DNA of 64,000 bases. It comes from Rhizobiaceae bacterium (lineage in GTDB: Bacteria; Pseudomonadota; Alphaproteobacteria; Rhizobiales; Rhizobiaceae). Location of the stretch: NCBI GenBank assembly GCA_040830725.1, contig JBFOMG010000004.1:7567-71566 (forward strand). The letters are read 5' to 3'. Position numbers and translations under genes: made by a program. Each line of letters starts with the position of its first letter. The first letter of the stretch is position 1. Below the pieces are notes generated by a model. That model searched no databases. It was given only the letters and a program-made list of their open reading frames with translations, and was not told the origin of the DNA. Positions 63,538 through 64,000 of this stretch are shown here, piece by piece.

Positions 63538-64000
63538 TCAGTCGCGAAATCCCGAAATTGCATCAACGACAGGATGCCTGATACGGGCACCGATCTTGAT
63601 GCCCTTTGCCGCAGCCGTCCCCTCATTCAGTTCGAGGACGAACCGGACAGGGTAAATGGGTGATATGGTTGAGTCGCTGAATGGAACGCCCCTTCTGATC
63701 GCGACGACCCTTCCGCTTTCCGAGATGAACAGCAAATCCAGTGGCAGTGGCGTATTCCGCATCCAAAATCCGCGCTGGGCGGTGTTGTCGAAAACAAACA
63801 ACATACCCCGGTCGGCAGGGAAATCGCGGCGAAACATCAGGCCTCTTGCCCGCTCGATTTCATCGTCCGCGACTTCGATCGTGAATTCGGCTGTCCCACC
63901 GCTGGTTTCAATGACCAACGGTACTGCATGCGGCGGCAGCAGCATTGGTTCGTTCAGTTGCGCATGGCTGTTGTTCGTCACCAACAGGGTCGCGGTTACC
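63538..64000 (-). CDS. DUF192 domain protein, N-terminus probably beyond the window end
   Basis: RGLMFRRDFPADRGMLFVFDN...FWMRNTPLPLDLLFI is typical of DUF192. The frame stays open upstream of the GTG at 63984 to the window edge (..TATLLVTNNSHAQ looks like the end of a signal peptide). Confidence 0.75.
   Translation of the reverse strand, partial: VTATLLVTNNSHAQLNEPMLLPPHAVPLVIETSGGTAEFTIEVADDEIERARGLMFRRDFPADRGMLFVFDNTAQRGFWMRNTPLPLDLLFISESGRVVAIRRGVPFSDSTISPIYPVRFVLELNEGTAAAKGIKIGARIRHPVVDAISGFRD

Noticed and set aside
1-64000. CRISPR arrays, insertion sequences, integrases, tRNA or rRNA genes, prophage or defence-island signatures.
   Set aside because: No direct-repeat arrays, transposase or integrase-like ORFs, or tRNA-like structures were noticed. 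Apart from small AT-richer pockets (about 10.78-11.07 kb and 16.4-16.77 kb), the composition looks uniform. Detection by eye is limited.

Overview
Densely coding chromosomal segment from an alphaproteobacterium. It looks Hyphomicrobiales/Rhizobiales-like, judged from the acpXL-lpxXL lipid A cluster and the overall protein similarities. I saw no rRNA, tRNA, CRISPR array, IS element or prophage signal.

Main blocks:
1. 1-2.1 kb: end of pgi, then a thioesterase and an iron-type alcohol dehydrogenase in one operon.
2. 2.3-10.8 kb, minus strand: a nine-gene, mostly translationally coupled operon for a Tat-exported Cys-type molybdo-formate dehydrogenase. Gene order is DUF3305, DUF3306, TorD-like chaperone, small Tat peptide, alpha, beta, gamma, a WD40-cytochrome c fusion and a 41-aa membrane peptide.
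3. 11-16.4 kb: an uncharacterised accessory module next to it. It holds a 661-aa polyferredoxin, a TupA-like/CxxCH protein, a DUF6494-like protein, Mrp/ApbC, a degenerate biotin/lipoate-ligase-like protein and one more unknown.
4. 16.5-24.4 kb: a small secreted cationic peptide, putA/putR, an aldose epimerase, and gabD with a GntR regulator.
5. 24.5-24.9 kb: an orphan MerF-like/GDCCVxC cysteine-rich pair.
6. 24.9-32.5 kb: a PfkB kinase, a flavin-dependent halogenase, and the acpXL-lpxXL very-long-chain fatty acid lipid A cluster. The cluster lacks the usual fabZXL and carries a catalytically dead ketosynthase paralogue.
7. 32.6-45.2 kb: housekeeping genes, then moaA and a coupled fdhD-mobA-mobB-moeA operon.
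8. 45.2-60.0 kb, the most interesting region: a corrinoid methyl-transfer hub. Its parts are a stand-alone homocysteine S-methyltransferase module, a non-pyrrolysine MttB-family methyltransferase, a corrinoid protein, DUF1638, a MetV/MetF-type methylene-THF reductase, a pterin-binding methyl-THF:corrinoid methyltransferase and a RamA/RACo-type reductive activase.
9. 60-64 kb: a HAD hydrolase and several secreted or unknown proteins.

Two patterns in the hub are visible directly in the sequence. First, all four enzymes that must dock on the corrinoid protein carry Arg/Gly-rich terminal tails, while the corrinoid protein has a strongly acidic N-terminus. Second, a shared palindrome, ATAAAGA-NN-TCTTTAT, precedes both the homocysteine-methyltransferase gene and the pterin-methyltransferase gene, 11 kb apart.

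All functional calls rest on my recognition of protein motifs in the translated ORFs. No database search was run.
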